Part shown: one piece after another, positions 1-13,503 of the stretch
Position numbering within the stretch: position 1 is the first letter of the stretch
How the letters are laid out: every line of letters begins with the position of its first letter
DNA from: Dimorphilus gyrociliatus
Lineage: Eukaryota > Animalia > Annelida
Direction: 5' to 3'
Assembly (NCBI GenBank): GCA_904063045.1
Contig: CAJFCJ010000016.1
Location: 124,001-188,000, forward strand
DNA: 64,000 nucleotides
Notes under the pieces: generated by a model
The model's input: only the letters and a program-made list of their open reading frames with translations
What the model was told of the DNA's origin: nothing
Database searches by the model: none
Program-made: the position numbers and the translations under genes

Positions 1-259
1 TATTATTAAAAAAATATTCGTTATATTTATTAAAAATGAACTAGATGAGTATATTATAAACTATATATAGAAAATATAGGAAATATGGGAAAAATTTCCC
101 ATTTTTAGAAATACAGTATTATTCCCAGTGTTTGTAATTATTTGCATTGTATAAATAATATCTTATTGTCTATCCTTTGTATGACGTATTATTTCTTTAT
201 AGTGTAGTTAAATACAATATATGTTATATAGTGTATTTTCCAAAAATATCAATACTTAC

Positions 260-3200
260 AAAATTTGTAAATATCCGAACTAATCTCGGTTTCTTTCCAG
301 GTCTTTCGTATTCAAAGTTAAATGAACTGCCGTTATAATCTGATTCAAAACTTGAAATATCTTTCCAACTGAACTCAATTACTTGGTTCTATGAATGAGA
401 TTATATTTTATTATTGACAACTCCCAAAAAAAATGACCAGCTGATTGAGTAACTTACCTCTACAGTTCCATCTTCTTTGCAGGCTTGTAATCTAAAAGCG
501 GTAAACGACACTCTGGCAACCACGTGACCGTCTTTTCTCGAATCGCACGAACAGTGAGGAAATGCAATTTCACCGTAGTTATCGAACGATGCCACCTCGA
601 GCAAGTATTTGTCAATTCTATTGGCCTTCTTTAAAACATTTATATGGGAAACTTTCGATGGTTTAACTTTAATATTTCCCTTCGAAATATCCTCCGTAAC
701 GTTGTGAAAGACAAATGAACGGGCCAGCTGGTCTTCATATAGTATTTCCTTTTCTAACTCAATGTTAAAAAGCCATTTTTTAAGGGCAATACAAGATGGA
801 GCCGCAGTATTATAGTTTTGAATGTAGATACTATGAGGTTGTTCCTGGTCCATAATTTTACGATCTAAAATACAAGAAACATTCTGGTTGACAATATGCA
901 AAATTCGTATTTAGATTATAAAATAAAGAATATAATTACCGAAATTGGTGTCAACAATTTCAAAAAGTGCAAAATGTTTCGCGATTTCGGTTTTCATACC
1001 AATCTTTTTCGTTACTAACTGTTTTTTGATATTTTTGTTTTTTTATAAAGAAAATAGAAGATAGTGGAACGTGTATATAAAATATTATTTCTTAGCTGAA
1101 CTTACTGAATGAACTTTTCTGGCGTCGGCATCTTTTGATATAATTATACTTGCAATATTTTTATCGGGTAATAAAATCTTGAGTTGAACTTCGCTTTTAT
1201 CACTCGTCTAGTAAAATCATATATAAATATAATATAAGATATGATAATAAGACGCTATCAACTTACTCCATTTTCTGACTGTGTTCCAAGGAACTCCTGC
1301 ATGCCATCACTATCCGCAATTACCCTAACTGAGCATACTTTTTCTAAATATTGTTCTAAACCTCTCCGCCTAGCATCCAATTGTTGTTCAGACATTGTAA
1401 AAGGCCATTTGCCAGGAAATTTTGGAAATTGAAAATCGGGGAATTCTCTTTTTAGAATATTGTGAATGTTAGAAAATTCTCTATATCTCCTTGAACATAG
1501 ATGACGTCCTGCCATGTGTATATGATACACAATAAACCGACTGTCCGAATCACGTAGTGTCTCATAGTCTGGTATAGTTATAGGCAACGACCGCTTATCC
1601 GAATAATCAACTGTTGAAGGTCCGGACGATTCATCCGACGGTTCTAGACGTTCGGCAACTTGTCTTGGAACTGATATAACTATTTTATAAAAAAAATTAC
1701 ATATTAGATAGTCACGTAACAGTTATTAAATATTAGTAAACATATATTTTCTTACCTGTTAATGTCAAAACATCTCCTCCAGATTTTATCAGATCAACAA
1801 CATGTTTGTGGGTGGAACCTTCCACATTAGCCCCATTACTGGAGGAAACCAATAAAATTTTAATTAAAAGTTAATTATGATATATTTTAAGCCGATAAAG
1901 ATTATAATCTGGACAGTTTTTAAATGGAAATAATATATATGGACTACCCAATTGACCAGATCGGTAAATAAAAAGAGAAATATGTAAATTGTAATATGTT
2001 TGTAACAGATGTAATCATAAAAAAAAATTTTCAGCGTCTAATAACAACACATGTGCACCGAAACCATTCAGTTTCCATAAAAATGTCGGAAAGGAACAAG
2101 ATACTCTCTGCTAAGGAACTGAAAGGACAACAACAGAATGATATTCTTTTCTCAACCAAGGAAAAAGCTCATACAGCTGCCGTAGCAACGCTACTAATTT
2201 CTCAAATAGTAATCCTAAGAGAAATCATCAATAATCAAGGCTAGGGTTGCGTTTTTGCCGCTAATTAATTTCTTCTTAAAGTCACCGTTAACTTATTAGA
2301 GACTACTAAGTAGTACTAATAAGTAATCTTAGTTAAAAGAATTATAATAGTTAAGAATGTTTATAATAATTTGTCCTAATAAATTCTATTCATGATTTTC
2401 ATTAAAATAACATAAACGCGACCTTAGACAATAAAAATGACAATAAACAAATTGCAACGATCATTCTAACATGCCTTAGTATGGCTATGGAGATTATCTG
2501 TGGAGCGTTAATAATTTATCAGGCGTATACCAGAAGAAATCTCAAACAACTTTGTCTATTAGGTTATCCAACCTGCTGCGCCGAAAAGATAAGTTCAGTG
2601 GAGAGTGGTGAGGAGAGGTCAACCACAAGCCCTACAGCTAATGGCAACCTTGCGGGAGGTGGAGGAGGAGGAGGAGGAGGAGGAGGAGGAACAACCCAAC
2701 AGCAACAACTAAATTTATCGCCCGACTTATATTTTTTACATTGCACTTGCTCAAGGCATCAATCCGAGGCTCTACACCAGTTAATGCATGTCTACTTACT
2801 TTACAGAGATAAAAGACTTCAAGCAGACATGAAAGTTGTTCGGGCAAATGTCGAAAATGTTACATTAAATAACAAACTGCAGCAAATTATGAAAGATTTA
2901 ACAGCAGTGAGAAAAACAATCGAAGACGAGAAGGAGGAAGAAAGATTGCCTGCCTTAAAAACGAATGAAGAAGAACTTACAAACAATAAAACAAAATGTG
3001 AGCAACAATTAGAACAATATTCCAACGTTGTAGAAGAAACAAAAATAATTGAAGGCCAAGTGAAGGAATTAGAAGAAAATATCTATCAAATGCAAGAAAG
3101 TATTCAACATTCAAAAATGGTTCGGATCGAAAATACAATAACCTATCTTCATTTTTTCGCCTTTATACTCACGGCTTTCATACCTGGTTTACGTACTTAA

Positions 3201-5175
3201 AAGAATACAAATTATGTATCCTTGTATATAACAAAAACTTGGCCGTTACTTCTGTTATCAATTCAAATCAACGTCTAAATTAGAATATTCATATCTAATT
3301 GTATAGCATTCTCTTCTATTGATTTATACTTGTTAATAAATTATTATATATACATATAAACTACTATGATATATTTTATATAGATATAGGAGATTCTCTT
3401 TTTCTATCTTTTAAAAATATAAAGTGTTTAAATGAGAAATATACAGTATAAAGGGAACGTATGGTTTATATATATATAATTGATACAAAATGTCTGATTT
3501 CTGTAATTATTTTAGGATAATTTGTCAATTTCTATGATGCGATAATATGAGTAAAAAAAAAGAGAAAGAAACCATATCGTTTTACTAACAGGTTCTCAGA
3601 ATTTAGTGTTTTTTTTTGCATATATTTATAAGATACGATGTGATATTACAATATTGTTTAAAAATATTATTAATCGTTACTGTTTATTGAGTTACGGTTG
3701 TTATAATGTTTAAGTAATTAACTACTATAATAGGGTTATTTTGTATCAATGGTCTTTTTTGTAGTACATTTTATGCCAGTAATAACTATTTAAGGTGGAA
3801 AAAAAAAACCGTAAGAGATGTATTATTGATTTCCTTAAAGTTATTACTGGATCCTTTCAATGAACATAAATATTTCTCTTCAAAGGATTACTTCGACAAG
3901 TGCAACAAATGTAAAACCAGGCTGAAATGTAAACAATTTTCGTATTGGCTATAATAAATTGTATGGTATAACCTTAAATCTATATTAGAGTCTATATGTT
4001 GCTCATTAGTGGATGAAACTATCTAAAAATAATTTTTTTTATTCAGCCTAAAGACATATCCTTCCGTATTATATCTGTAAAATAATTTCTTTCTATAAAC
4101 TAACTGAGAAAGAAAGGGATAGAAGGAAAGAAAAGAGGAAATACAGAGGCAAACAAAAAAAAAGCCCACATAGAATATAGTTGATTGCATTCGAACAATT
4201 TCCTCAAGGGTTATTATTTTATGAACTTGAAACACATATTCTATACATATAATTTTCAGAATGCATTTAGATCTAGGTATTGTTTCCCCTATCTTTACGT
4301 TCTTGGCAATCGCCATTATTAGGTTTATTTATACTTTAAAATTACTTTTATCTTCATACTTATCTTTGATGTGAATGAAATTTAACATTAATTAAACGTT
4401 AATTATAGTTTTTATTAAGATGTCTTCTTTTTATTCTTTTTTATTATTTAAATAAAACATGTTATAGATTTTAAGAAAAAAAAATCAATCAATATGAGTA
4501 TTTATTTTCTATTCCTAACGCTAATTGGTTAATCTATACGATCTGTACTTCATACTATATAGAATGATACGAGACCAGAAAGTTTTCAATCTCTTCCTGA
4601 TAAAGAATGCCTACAGAGTTCCATGCTATTACCACTATAAAATAAATATGTCAACATTAATTATGCAACCCTCGTTGTCTGTACGGTTTCGACGCTATTT
4701 TTAGCGGCAGAAATTCCTGCCTCTCACCTCATTATGTATTTTTCACTATCAATACACGCCTCCTGTTTGATAAGAAGTACTTACACTTCTAATATTCTAT
4801 CTCCTTTCATGATACCAGCCCGATCAGCAGCTCCGCCCTCCATAACAGCGCTAACATGCTGCAAAGGGGCATATAGTTCTCCATTTATGCTAAAAATATA
4901 AAAAGCATTTATTCACTCTATACGGCTATTAATATCCATTGTCCTCTACTCTAGTTTTGTTTATATAGCTATCATAGAAAGAAGATTTAAATTGAGTATT
5001 TCTCAAGTTGTATTTATAATAGTAAATCTAACCTCTTTAATTGACCTCCCTCACTAACTTGACCTCGAACGTTAAAACCAAACCCAGTATCACTTCTACG
5101 AATTGTAACTATTCGAGGTCCTGCAGGATCTGCCATATCCTGATGATTTTCTTCTTCATCCGAATCTTCTGCCAT
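260..5175 (-). CDS. SNX27: Sorting nexin 27 (PDZ-PX-FERM-like); multi-exon; terminal exon not resolved and may lie left of the window
   Basis: Exon 5175-5033 MAEDSDEE...[29 protein letters not shown]; exon 4889-4785 [36 protein letters not shown]; exon 1838-1756 [21 protein letters not shown] (PDZ). PX domain ...[31 protein letters not shown] (1258-1587). FERM-like part [17 protein letters not shown] (401-901) and [11 protein letters not shown]...[12 protein letters not shown] (~390-260). GT-AG junctions keep the frame. Confidence 0.96.
2481..3200 (+). CDS. Uncharacterised coiled-coil protein with poly-Gly tract and hydrophobic C-terminus, nested antisense in SNX27 intron 2
   Basis: 239-codon stop-free ORF in very AT-rich DNA. 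E/K/Q-rich heptad-like stretch ([22 protein letters not shown]...[21 protein letters not shown]), hydrophobic tail [19 protein letters not shown], and AATAAA at 3335-3340. True 5' end uncertain; possible upstream exon at ~2083-2208. Confidence 0.65.
   Translation: MAMEIICGALIIYQAYTRRNLKQLCLLGYPTCCAEKISSVESGEERSTTSPTANGNLAGGGGGGGGGGGGTTQQQQLNLSPDLYFLHCTCSRHQSEALHQLMHVYLLYRDKRLQADMKVVRANVENVTLNNKLQQIMKDLTAVRKTIEDEKEEERLPALKTNEEELTNNKTKCEQQLEQYSNVVEETKIIEGQVKELEENIYQMQESIQHSKMVRIENTITYLHFFAFILTAFIPGLRT
2661..2690 (+). repeat. (GGA)10 trinucleotide repeat encoding poly-glycine in the nested ORF
   Basis: Ten perfect GGA units read directly from the sequence. Confidence 0.95.
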
Positions 5176-5781
5176 TTTTCAACTGGTGTTACTAAACTCC
5201 AGTCACAAATGAAACCCTCGTACTATAATCCATTTATAGTCATCCCAGTTCAACTCGGAAGTGGTCTGAACTAGATGACAATCTAATTTCTATTAAAAAT
5301 TAAGATTAAATCGAGTAATACATGAACTACACACAACTGGCTATTTGGTTTTTGAGAGAATTTATTATTTCTTATGATGAAAGGAAATTGGATTTCATTT
5401 GAATAATTGATGAAGGAATAGTAAATTGATTATCACGTTATTTTATGTGCTTTCAAAAACAAAATAAAGTCTCTTTTTTAGTTCTTTAAGTGTTAAATTT
5501 TGTATTGCTATTTACTGAAAAAATATATCAATCTCTCAAAAAGACGAAAAACTTATTTAAAATATCTTCAAAGTCAGTTTTAAATAGAAGTAACACAACT
5601 ACGCTATTTTAACATAAACTCCAATATTGTTTTACCTTTAATGCAGAATAATATCAATCAATTTAACTTTATATATATAAATTATAAAAAGAAACACTTC
5701 AGAGTTTCTGATCGCAAGAGATTGATCCCTAGCACGTTTTAGCAAAACCGCGAGTGTTGACGATAGCCTCGCTTTCACGAG

Positions 5782-5795
5782 TGACGTCATGCCAA
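5782..5795. promoter_or_regulatory. CRE palindrome (TGACGTCA) with adjacent CCAAT in a CpG-richer patch upstream of SNX27
   Basis: gtgacgtcatgccaat lies between the PBRM1 stop (6046) and the SNX27 ATG (5175). Function inferred from motif only. Confidence 0.4.
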
Positions 5796-6045
5796 TAAGG
5801 GATTTTATCTAGAATTTCCAAAACATATAGGCATAAGTAATATGACACTATGTAAAAAAGTTAGGAGACATATTTTATAAATTGATATAGTAGTCACAAC
5901 GCTGTTTAAAGTTATTTTTTATCCTAAACTATTTACATATATATTTTTTAAAAGGACTCAGCAGGTAATAACACTTTAATCAAACACTATACTATACTAC
6001 AAAAAAGTCGAAAACAAAAGAAAACAATTAATCTATATCTTTTAG

Positions 6046-9000
6046 ATTAAAATGCACTGTAGTCTAGAACACGTCCAATGTTAACGGCATCTTGTAGCAT
6101 TTGATCTCTTAAGGCCCATAGAGCTTGAACAACAGTTTTACCCTGTTCCATGGCACCTGGACCCAACCAGTTGGATGGTAGTTTTTGAGGATTTCCTAAG
6201 GTATTTTTCGGTCTAGCTGAGAGTTCTTTCCTCCATGGACCTTAAAATAGATAAAGATTATTTATTATTTTCAAGAAAATCTAAATAAAGTCCAATTCCA
6301 ACCTATATCATCAGAATTATTATTCAATCCTTCAATATAGCGTAAATATGCCTCCGAATGCAATAATCTTTGTGTTCTAGGTGGGACAGCTACGAAGAGA
6401 GGCGAACTTGATCTTGTCTGTTGAGCGGGGTTATTCGTTGTGCTCGCTATATATAACAGTAAAATGTACTTTAATAAATTAAGCAAATAAAGTTTCAAGT
6501 GAAAGACATGGGACAAAGTGAATCTTGTATTCTACATAAATCTTTATATTTATATAGAATAGATTATATATTATAAATTTTAACTGCTCAGATAATCCTT
6601 ATTACTGCAGTGAAGATTTTAACTTAAACAAACAGCTAAATGACAACAACAAAAAACAGAAACATTCCTTTTGATTTTATTAAATATAAAATAAAAAAAA
6701 TATGGATATTAACTGTTTTTTAAAAAGCGGCTATTGAAAAGAGAAAACTACAAGGTGAAAAATAAAAGCTTTTTATGAGTGTAATACACTTCTATTATAC
6801 TATATAAAGTCTCTAACGTACCTGTAATTGGTAAACTCGATTGGAAACTATTATTGCATGCGACAGCTCCAGCTGCTGTAAAAACATACCACCAAACATG
6901 CAGAATATTTTAAAACTAGATTTTAAATATACATTTTTCAAAAAATACAGAAAAAAGCCACCAAAAGTATTTTCTCTAATTTCTATAAAAATTAGCTGAT
7001 CGTGACGTTTAAAACAATACTATACTTACTTTGTGAATTTGAATCGCAGTTAATAAGGCTCGCAACAGCTGAACTGATGGTTGAGGGGGCGGGTGTAGAT
7101 GGTTTCGATTCGATAGAACTTGAATATAAAGCACTTTGTTCTCCGGCAATTTTTTTAGCTTTTTCCTCGTATCTCTCCTTTTCATCTTTAGGTAACTCTC
7201 TCCACTGCATAGGTTTCAATTAATGTTAATTTGAATAGTTAATGTTTTATAAATAAGATTGTAATCAAACCTTTGCTCCAACAAGGCGGGATATATCGCC
7301 AAAATTCATTAATGGATTCTGTCCTTGAATACCTTTTCTATATTCTCCGGCAAATACAATATAACCGCTCAATTGTTTTGGCCGCTTATACATCTAAATG
7401 GTTAAAAAGTTATTAAGAGTTTATCATACATTAAAACGTTTGAAATTTGGAGAGATATTAAGAGCAATTGATATATTGCATATTAAATTGTTATAAGGCT
7501 TGTTATTAAGCAAAATATATAATTATTTTTACTGGTGATGATATATTTTCCTCATTAATCCTATCTTCAACTATTTCTTTAAATAAACTCATCCTTTTCT
7601 TCGTTAAATTTTTCGTTTTCATTCTGTCGTCATTTTTTTTAAACTTGTCAAAGGATTCTTTTATGTATTTTTCTAAATTCGCTTGTCTATGAATATTTTC
7701 AATTTTTTCACTAATAGTCTTTTTTCCTGTCAATTCTTTACTCGTCTCTTCCTCATCTTTTTTAGATAATAGCGCAATATCACCAATTAAATCGTCGATA
7801 AGAGTAAAACGATCTTTGGAATTAGAATTAAATAAGTCATGAACTAGTTGAGAAGCCTGATGAGGAAAGGAATACAAAGACAAAAAAACTACTAAATACG
7901 ACACTTAAAATGAATGAATAAATGATTTAAACGTTTTGTCGTTCAACCTACCTTTTGTTTCATTTTAGGAGTAACATCCACATTATTGGGAGTACTATTA
8001 TTTGTAGATAATGCTGATATCGACGGAGGAATAGCGTAAGAATCATCAACTTCTAAATCAAGAAGTGATTGAGCCAACAGAGGAGAGCCAGTTCGTTTGG
8101 GAATTAAAGGTTTCTTTAGAAACAGGATCTACAAGATAACATAAATAATTAATTAAATTGTTTATAGTATTATCAAAAAACAAGAAATATCTTGTATACC
8201 TCATCTTCCAGAACTCGACTCGACAGTGTTATCTTCTTCATAGGCTTTGTAAGTTTTTTAACTATTCTTTCATCGGGTATAAATTTACTTTCGCATATCC
8301 AAACATCATCTTCTGAAATGACTGTTGATCTCTGACTGCAATATTCTTTGAAGAATAGCACACAACATTTTCCCGTCACTTTTGATATTGGAACTGAGGC
8401 ATCTGCATTTCTGACAACTTCCATTGCATAAAATAGTCTAGTTGGACTATGCTCTACAAAGGCAGGTTGAACAAATTGCGCTCCTGACACATGAGCAACA
8501 GATTCAGCGTCAGTCCATAATTGTTCAGCTCTTATAATTCTCCAGGGATTGTCACTATCATCTCTAACATATACAAAATCTCCAAGTTTCAACCACCCAC
8601 AACGGTCATCTCTGAGCTGCTCATACATCGTAACTCCCGGAGGTGCAGTTCCAGATTCGATTGGAACATTTGCACGCCCACTATCACCGTCAAAGTCATC
8701 ATCTTCGTCTTCATCAGTTGACTGAGTAGGTGTACCTCCACCTTTTTCCGCATAAACACTCCCAACTTTAGCCGGCTGCATAGGATTTGGTCTCTGTGAT
8801 AATTTCGGGGAAGAAGATCCCGACCAAATTTTCAATCTGTTTTTTTAGTTATCATTAATCACGTTTGTTCTACAAAGTGTATTTAAGAAATTTACTTAGG
8901 ATCTAACCTCTTGAACGTTTTCGGTTTTGAAAGGTAACGTTTGTCGCAAACCCAAGTGTGCTCTTCAGGAAATTGTTCACAATACATTTTAATGTATGTC

Positions 9001-12000
9001 TTCATAGGAAGAACTATACATTTTCCCCTAGCTCTTTCTACTTCAACGGCACATCTTACATCAGATTTAAAAACCTCTTGTTCGAAAAATTTTTTACTAA
9101 TAACGTGGTAAGTTTGGTGTGGTTTCAAGAATTTTATACCCTCTAACCAAACTGCCCTTTCCTCTCTATATATCTTATCAATCAATAACATTTCTTGATT
9201 GTCTTCTTTGCCTTCTTCTGGGATTATATAGGCAAAGTCACCTCTGGCATAGGTGATATCATTATAAATCGCCTCCGATAAGTTCTCTTTGTCATCATTC
9301 TTCTCCTGATTTCGCTTATGACGTTTAGCTTTAATCTTTTCCGTTTTTTCCTTATCTATTTCGTCGGTAATTCTTCTTTGTGTATACGCTAAGGCTGGAC
9401 TGAAAAATACACCACCCAATCCACAAAGTTCATCCCTTCTTTGAACGAAATATTTTTGCAAGTTACAACAATCCTCATAAAGTTCAGAATCGATTGCTGC
9501 AACGCTTCGCCCATGCTCAAGTAGTTCGAACACATCCTCCTTTTTCGCGTGCAAGCAAACTTACGTTAGATTTAAACGAAAAATTTAATTAGTGTTTTAT
9601 CTTACCTGTAATTTATCTAATCTAGTGTACATTTCCTTTTCAACTCTCTTTCCTATTTTATCTAACGAGCAAGAAGCTTTCTTCGCGTTTGGTATTGCAA
9701 TCATCTCATCTTCATCTAGTGGAAGGTGAGCTAAAGATTCAGATAAGCATCGTCCCTGACTGTCAGTTTGGCTTAATGTCGATCTCGTTAACTCCTTTAA
9801 AGTGTTGAAAACTGTTACTTTGACATCAGGTACTTGATTTCTCTCTTCTTCGTTTTTCTCCAATTCGCTTTTTTTATCTAACGCCAACTTAAGCAAGGCA
9901 AGCGCATCTTTATAAATTAAAGAATCAGGCTCGTTATATTTACAAGCATTATCAAACATCAGAGCCAAATCGGCCAATAAATCGTCTAAGCTTTCATAAA
10001 GATTTAATTTGTGGCCAATTTTCAACAAATCGATAGGCTTTTTTATAACATCGTAGTAGTCTGGATATTCACTTTTTGATGGCAATCTCATAAATGGTGC
10101 TGACAACACACGATTACTTTTATCTGTTGCATCCTTTATACAAGCATAAAGAGACTGTAACTTTGTATTCCATTTGGATGTTACTTTTGAATCTCGTCTA
10201 GATATTCTATTACTTGAGACGGGGGTTCTGGATCTGTTATGAAAGGAAAATAAAGCTTTTAACCCTATTAGTTGGTATGAATAGTAATTCAATACCTTGG
10301 TGAGTCAGGGTTTGTTAAACTTTGTAGTTTTGTTTTTAGAACTCGTTCCAAAACAACTGCGTCTTTATAAACCTGAGAATTTTCTTCGTTATAATGTCTA
10401 GCATTTCTCAACATTAATTCAATATCATCAGCCAACGATTCAATGCTATCATACTGCTCCAATCTGGCCTCAATAGTATCCATATCGATTGGTTCAGTGA
10501 TTACTTGATAATAATCAGGAAAAGATTCTTTTGATGGTAGAGATACAAAAATATCAATTAATGATCGACCGTCTACTTCGTATTCCGATATAGTTTTGAA
10601 CAGAACGCCTAACTTTTTCTGCAGTGAATCTCGACGAGAGCGTCTCGAAGCTGAAGCACTTTGAGAATCATCATTCTGTAACAAAAGAAAATAAATGACT
10701 TAAAAAAAGACGATTAAACCATTAAATGTTCATATTAAGCTCTAATATTTTAACTATCTCTAATACTTCATCATTAAAAGTGACGATCAGTAAAGAAAAC
10801 AAGAAAAACAAAATAAAACATAACAATATTTAAAAATATTCTAAAGGCAAGCTTTTGTTATTATTACTGTTTGTATGGTATACTTAAGCTGTTCCTTTAA
10901 AACATTAGTACACGTTTTTGTTACACAAACGTAATAGAATGGTTTGCAAACTCATCTTAAAAGTCGGGCAATAAAACAAAATTGATGGAGGAAACAAAGG
11001 AAAAAATAAAAAACAAACTATTTTAACAACAGGGGAAAAATTGAAACAACGTTAAACAACTTAAATATCTAATTGTAAAATAAAACAAATAAATTAATAG
11101 CTATAACCTCGACGCCAAAACACGCCATGTTGATTGGTTGCGGAAGAGAAATTGGCATAAGAAATCCCTAATTTTTTTTTTTGAATAGTATGGGATAAAA
11201 AATACAAAGAGAATTTCATTTTATATAAAATACAATTTTTTATAGTTGATTGTTTTATAGTTAAATATTTATAAACTTAACGATATAAAAAGAATGTAAA
11301 TTAGATAACTTACAGGATCGCATAAAGCTTGTAATTCCGAACTTTTATTATGCATAACTTTTTGTAATGAGATAGAATCCTGTGTAATAAACAATTACTA
11401 TTTAATATCAAATCAATTAACATGTATATACTTTGAAAGAAATAAAAATAATCAAATTTTTGCACCTTAAACAATTGACTATCTTCAACATTGTAATGTT
11501 GAGCGTTTAAGAATAGTAAATCCAGATCAGATACTAAACCAGCAACATCTCCTCCGTACATATTGTTTTTTATCTTTTTCTTTATATGAAATAGACTAAT
11601 AGGATTATCAATTTCCTCATAATAATCTGGATATAATCGTTTCGATGGCAATCTCATAAAAGGTTCGCTGAGTCTTCTGCCATCTGGGCTTCTATAATTC
11701 ATAACTGTATTATATAAACTCCATAAAGCTCCTGTTCCAGCAATGCATGAATTTTCTTCTGTATCGCTTTCATTATCGCTGTCGCCATTAGGTGATGGCA
11801 AGCTGGCATAAGCGGTTGAATGACGTTCGCCTGTGTGAATTTTTCTCTCGGCTGATCGCATTCTGTGAGAACTTTTCTTTGCTTGACGAACCGTGTCAAG
11901 TTCAATTTTTTTTGCTTGAATAGTCTTTTTTAAGAGTACAGCATCCTAAATTTAGGAAAAATTTGTTATAAAACTGTGCGAGAATTATGGAAAGTTTTTA

Positions 12001-12936
12001 CTTTATAAATTCCACTGCCTGGTTGATTATAGGTTCTTGCATTGTTTACAATAACCATTAAATCTCGAACCATATTGTCTAACGTCTCGTAATGCCTTCC
12101 TTGAACTCTTTTTGCGACAGTTCGTAAATCGAGAGGCTCCTCTATCACATTGTAATAATCGGGAAATTTAGTTTTTGAGGGAAGTAGCTTAAACATTTCT
12201 GTTATCATTCTGTCTCCGTCCATAGCAGTAGCAACTGCGTCAAACATTTCTTCGCAAATTTCCCCAACGTCTTCACTCTCAGTGCTCTTAAGAAGTAAAC
12301 AAAGAAGTTATTAAGAGTTTCAGTATGAAAAAGTTTTATATAAATATAATTACATCGTCATCCCAATCTTGATTCTTATCACTATCTCCGGATGCTGTAT
12401 CTCCACACTTTTCATTCTTTAATTCCCTATAATATATCCAGAGTTGGTTTGCAAGATCTCTCTCCTCAGAGTCTTCTTCATAATAGTCCATGGCATTTTC
12501 AACTAATAATCTAAGATCTTCTCCCATTTGGTCAACGCTGGCATATTCGTCGTTTTTTATTTTAGTTAATACTTTTAAAAGATCAATCGGGTTCGCTATT
12601 GCTTTGAAGTATTCAGGCTCGGATCTGTTCAATCATGTCATTTAGAAAATTCTTGGAAAATTTTTCTTATAACAATATTTATTCTATACCTCTTATGCGG
12701 TAATTTCATAAATAGATTGAAAGTTGGAAGTCCATTGTCGGATTTGTGAGATTTGATAGAATCGAAAATTTCGTGACACAAAGCATTCTACGATCGTAAA
12801 ATTTTAACAAACAATTAAATTAAATAATATATAATAATACCACTTCTCCCTCAGTTCCCCTCTTCCTAGATCTCTTGGCCGGAGTTATCTCATCTTCTAA
12901 GCTACTATCCACACTAGAACGCTTTCTTCTCGGCAT
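6046..12936 (-). CDS. PBRM1: Polybromo-1 (BAF180): six bromodomains, two BAH domains, HMG box; multi-exon
   Basis: ATG 12936 (MPRRKRSSV). Repeated bromodomain motifs (FMRLPSKRLYPDYYEEIDNPISL, LPSKESFPDYYQVITEPID, NACKYNEPDSLIYKDA). BAH domains (YARGDFAYII, LKLGDFVYVR). HMG box (SGYIVFAGEYRK...NFGDISRLVGAK|WRELPKDEKERYEEKA). C-terminal PPRTQRLLHSEAYLRYIEGL and ALWALRDQMLQD; stop 6046-6048. Confidence 0.97.
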
Positions 12937-13503
12937 AGCGCAATCTAAGAACCAACCAGAATAAGATGATATTGATTGATTTCAGTTTCACAAAACTTAC
13001 TTTTTAAAATTTATTCCATGAATGATAAAATCAAGTTTAGATTAATGATATATATTCCGATTAGCAAGAAAAAATAACTATTCTGATGATTATTTGAATT
13101 TAAGTTAAAAACTGCTTGGGCCGTTTTGTTTTATTCAAAATGGCCAATGGAGACACCTGTTCCGAAGCATCAACGTTGTGTTGTTTACTAAAACGAATCA
13201 CAAACCATACTAACAGCTCTCATATTATTCCGCGTTATGATCACAAAGATGCATTTTTGATAAATAACAAAAATTTAGGTAAAGTGAATAAATGTAAAAA
13301 AAATAACCTATAAAAGTTTTAAAACTGCAAAATATTTTTCATAATTTTAATAAGATTATGAAAAACTAAATTTTTAAGCGCATGCTCACTTAACCTGTAC
13401 AGTAATTCGGCCATACCATTGGCCAAGGTGTAACATCTACTGTAGTAACAGCAGATATAAACAAAGACTATTATCCGATAGTAGTGATAAAATAATAAGA
13501 AGA

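Noticed and set aside
2564-3025. Minus-strand ORFs (poly-Pro, poly-Leu, Ser/Phe-rich) as alternative SNX27 exons
   Set aside because: They are shadows of the GGA repeat and the coiled-coil ORF; the plus-strand frame is far longer and protein-like.
9597-10684. Overlapping ORFs suggesting a programmed frameshift in PBRM1
   Set aside because: Explained by an ordinary ~60-nt GT-AG intron (about 10295-10236). The same applies to apparent frame breaks in MMP B (31908/31910) and the HEAT gene (59520/59529).
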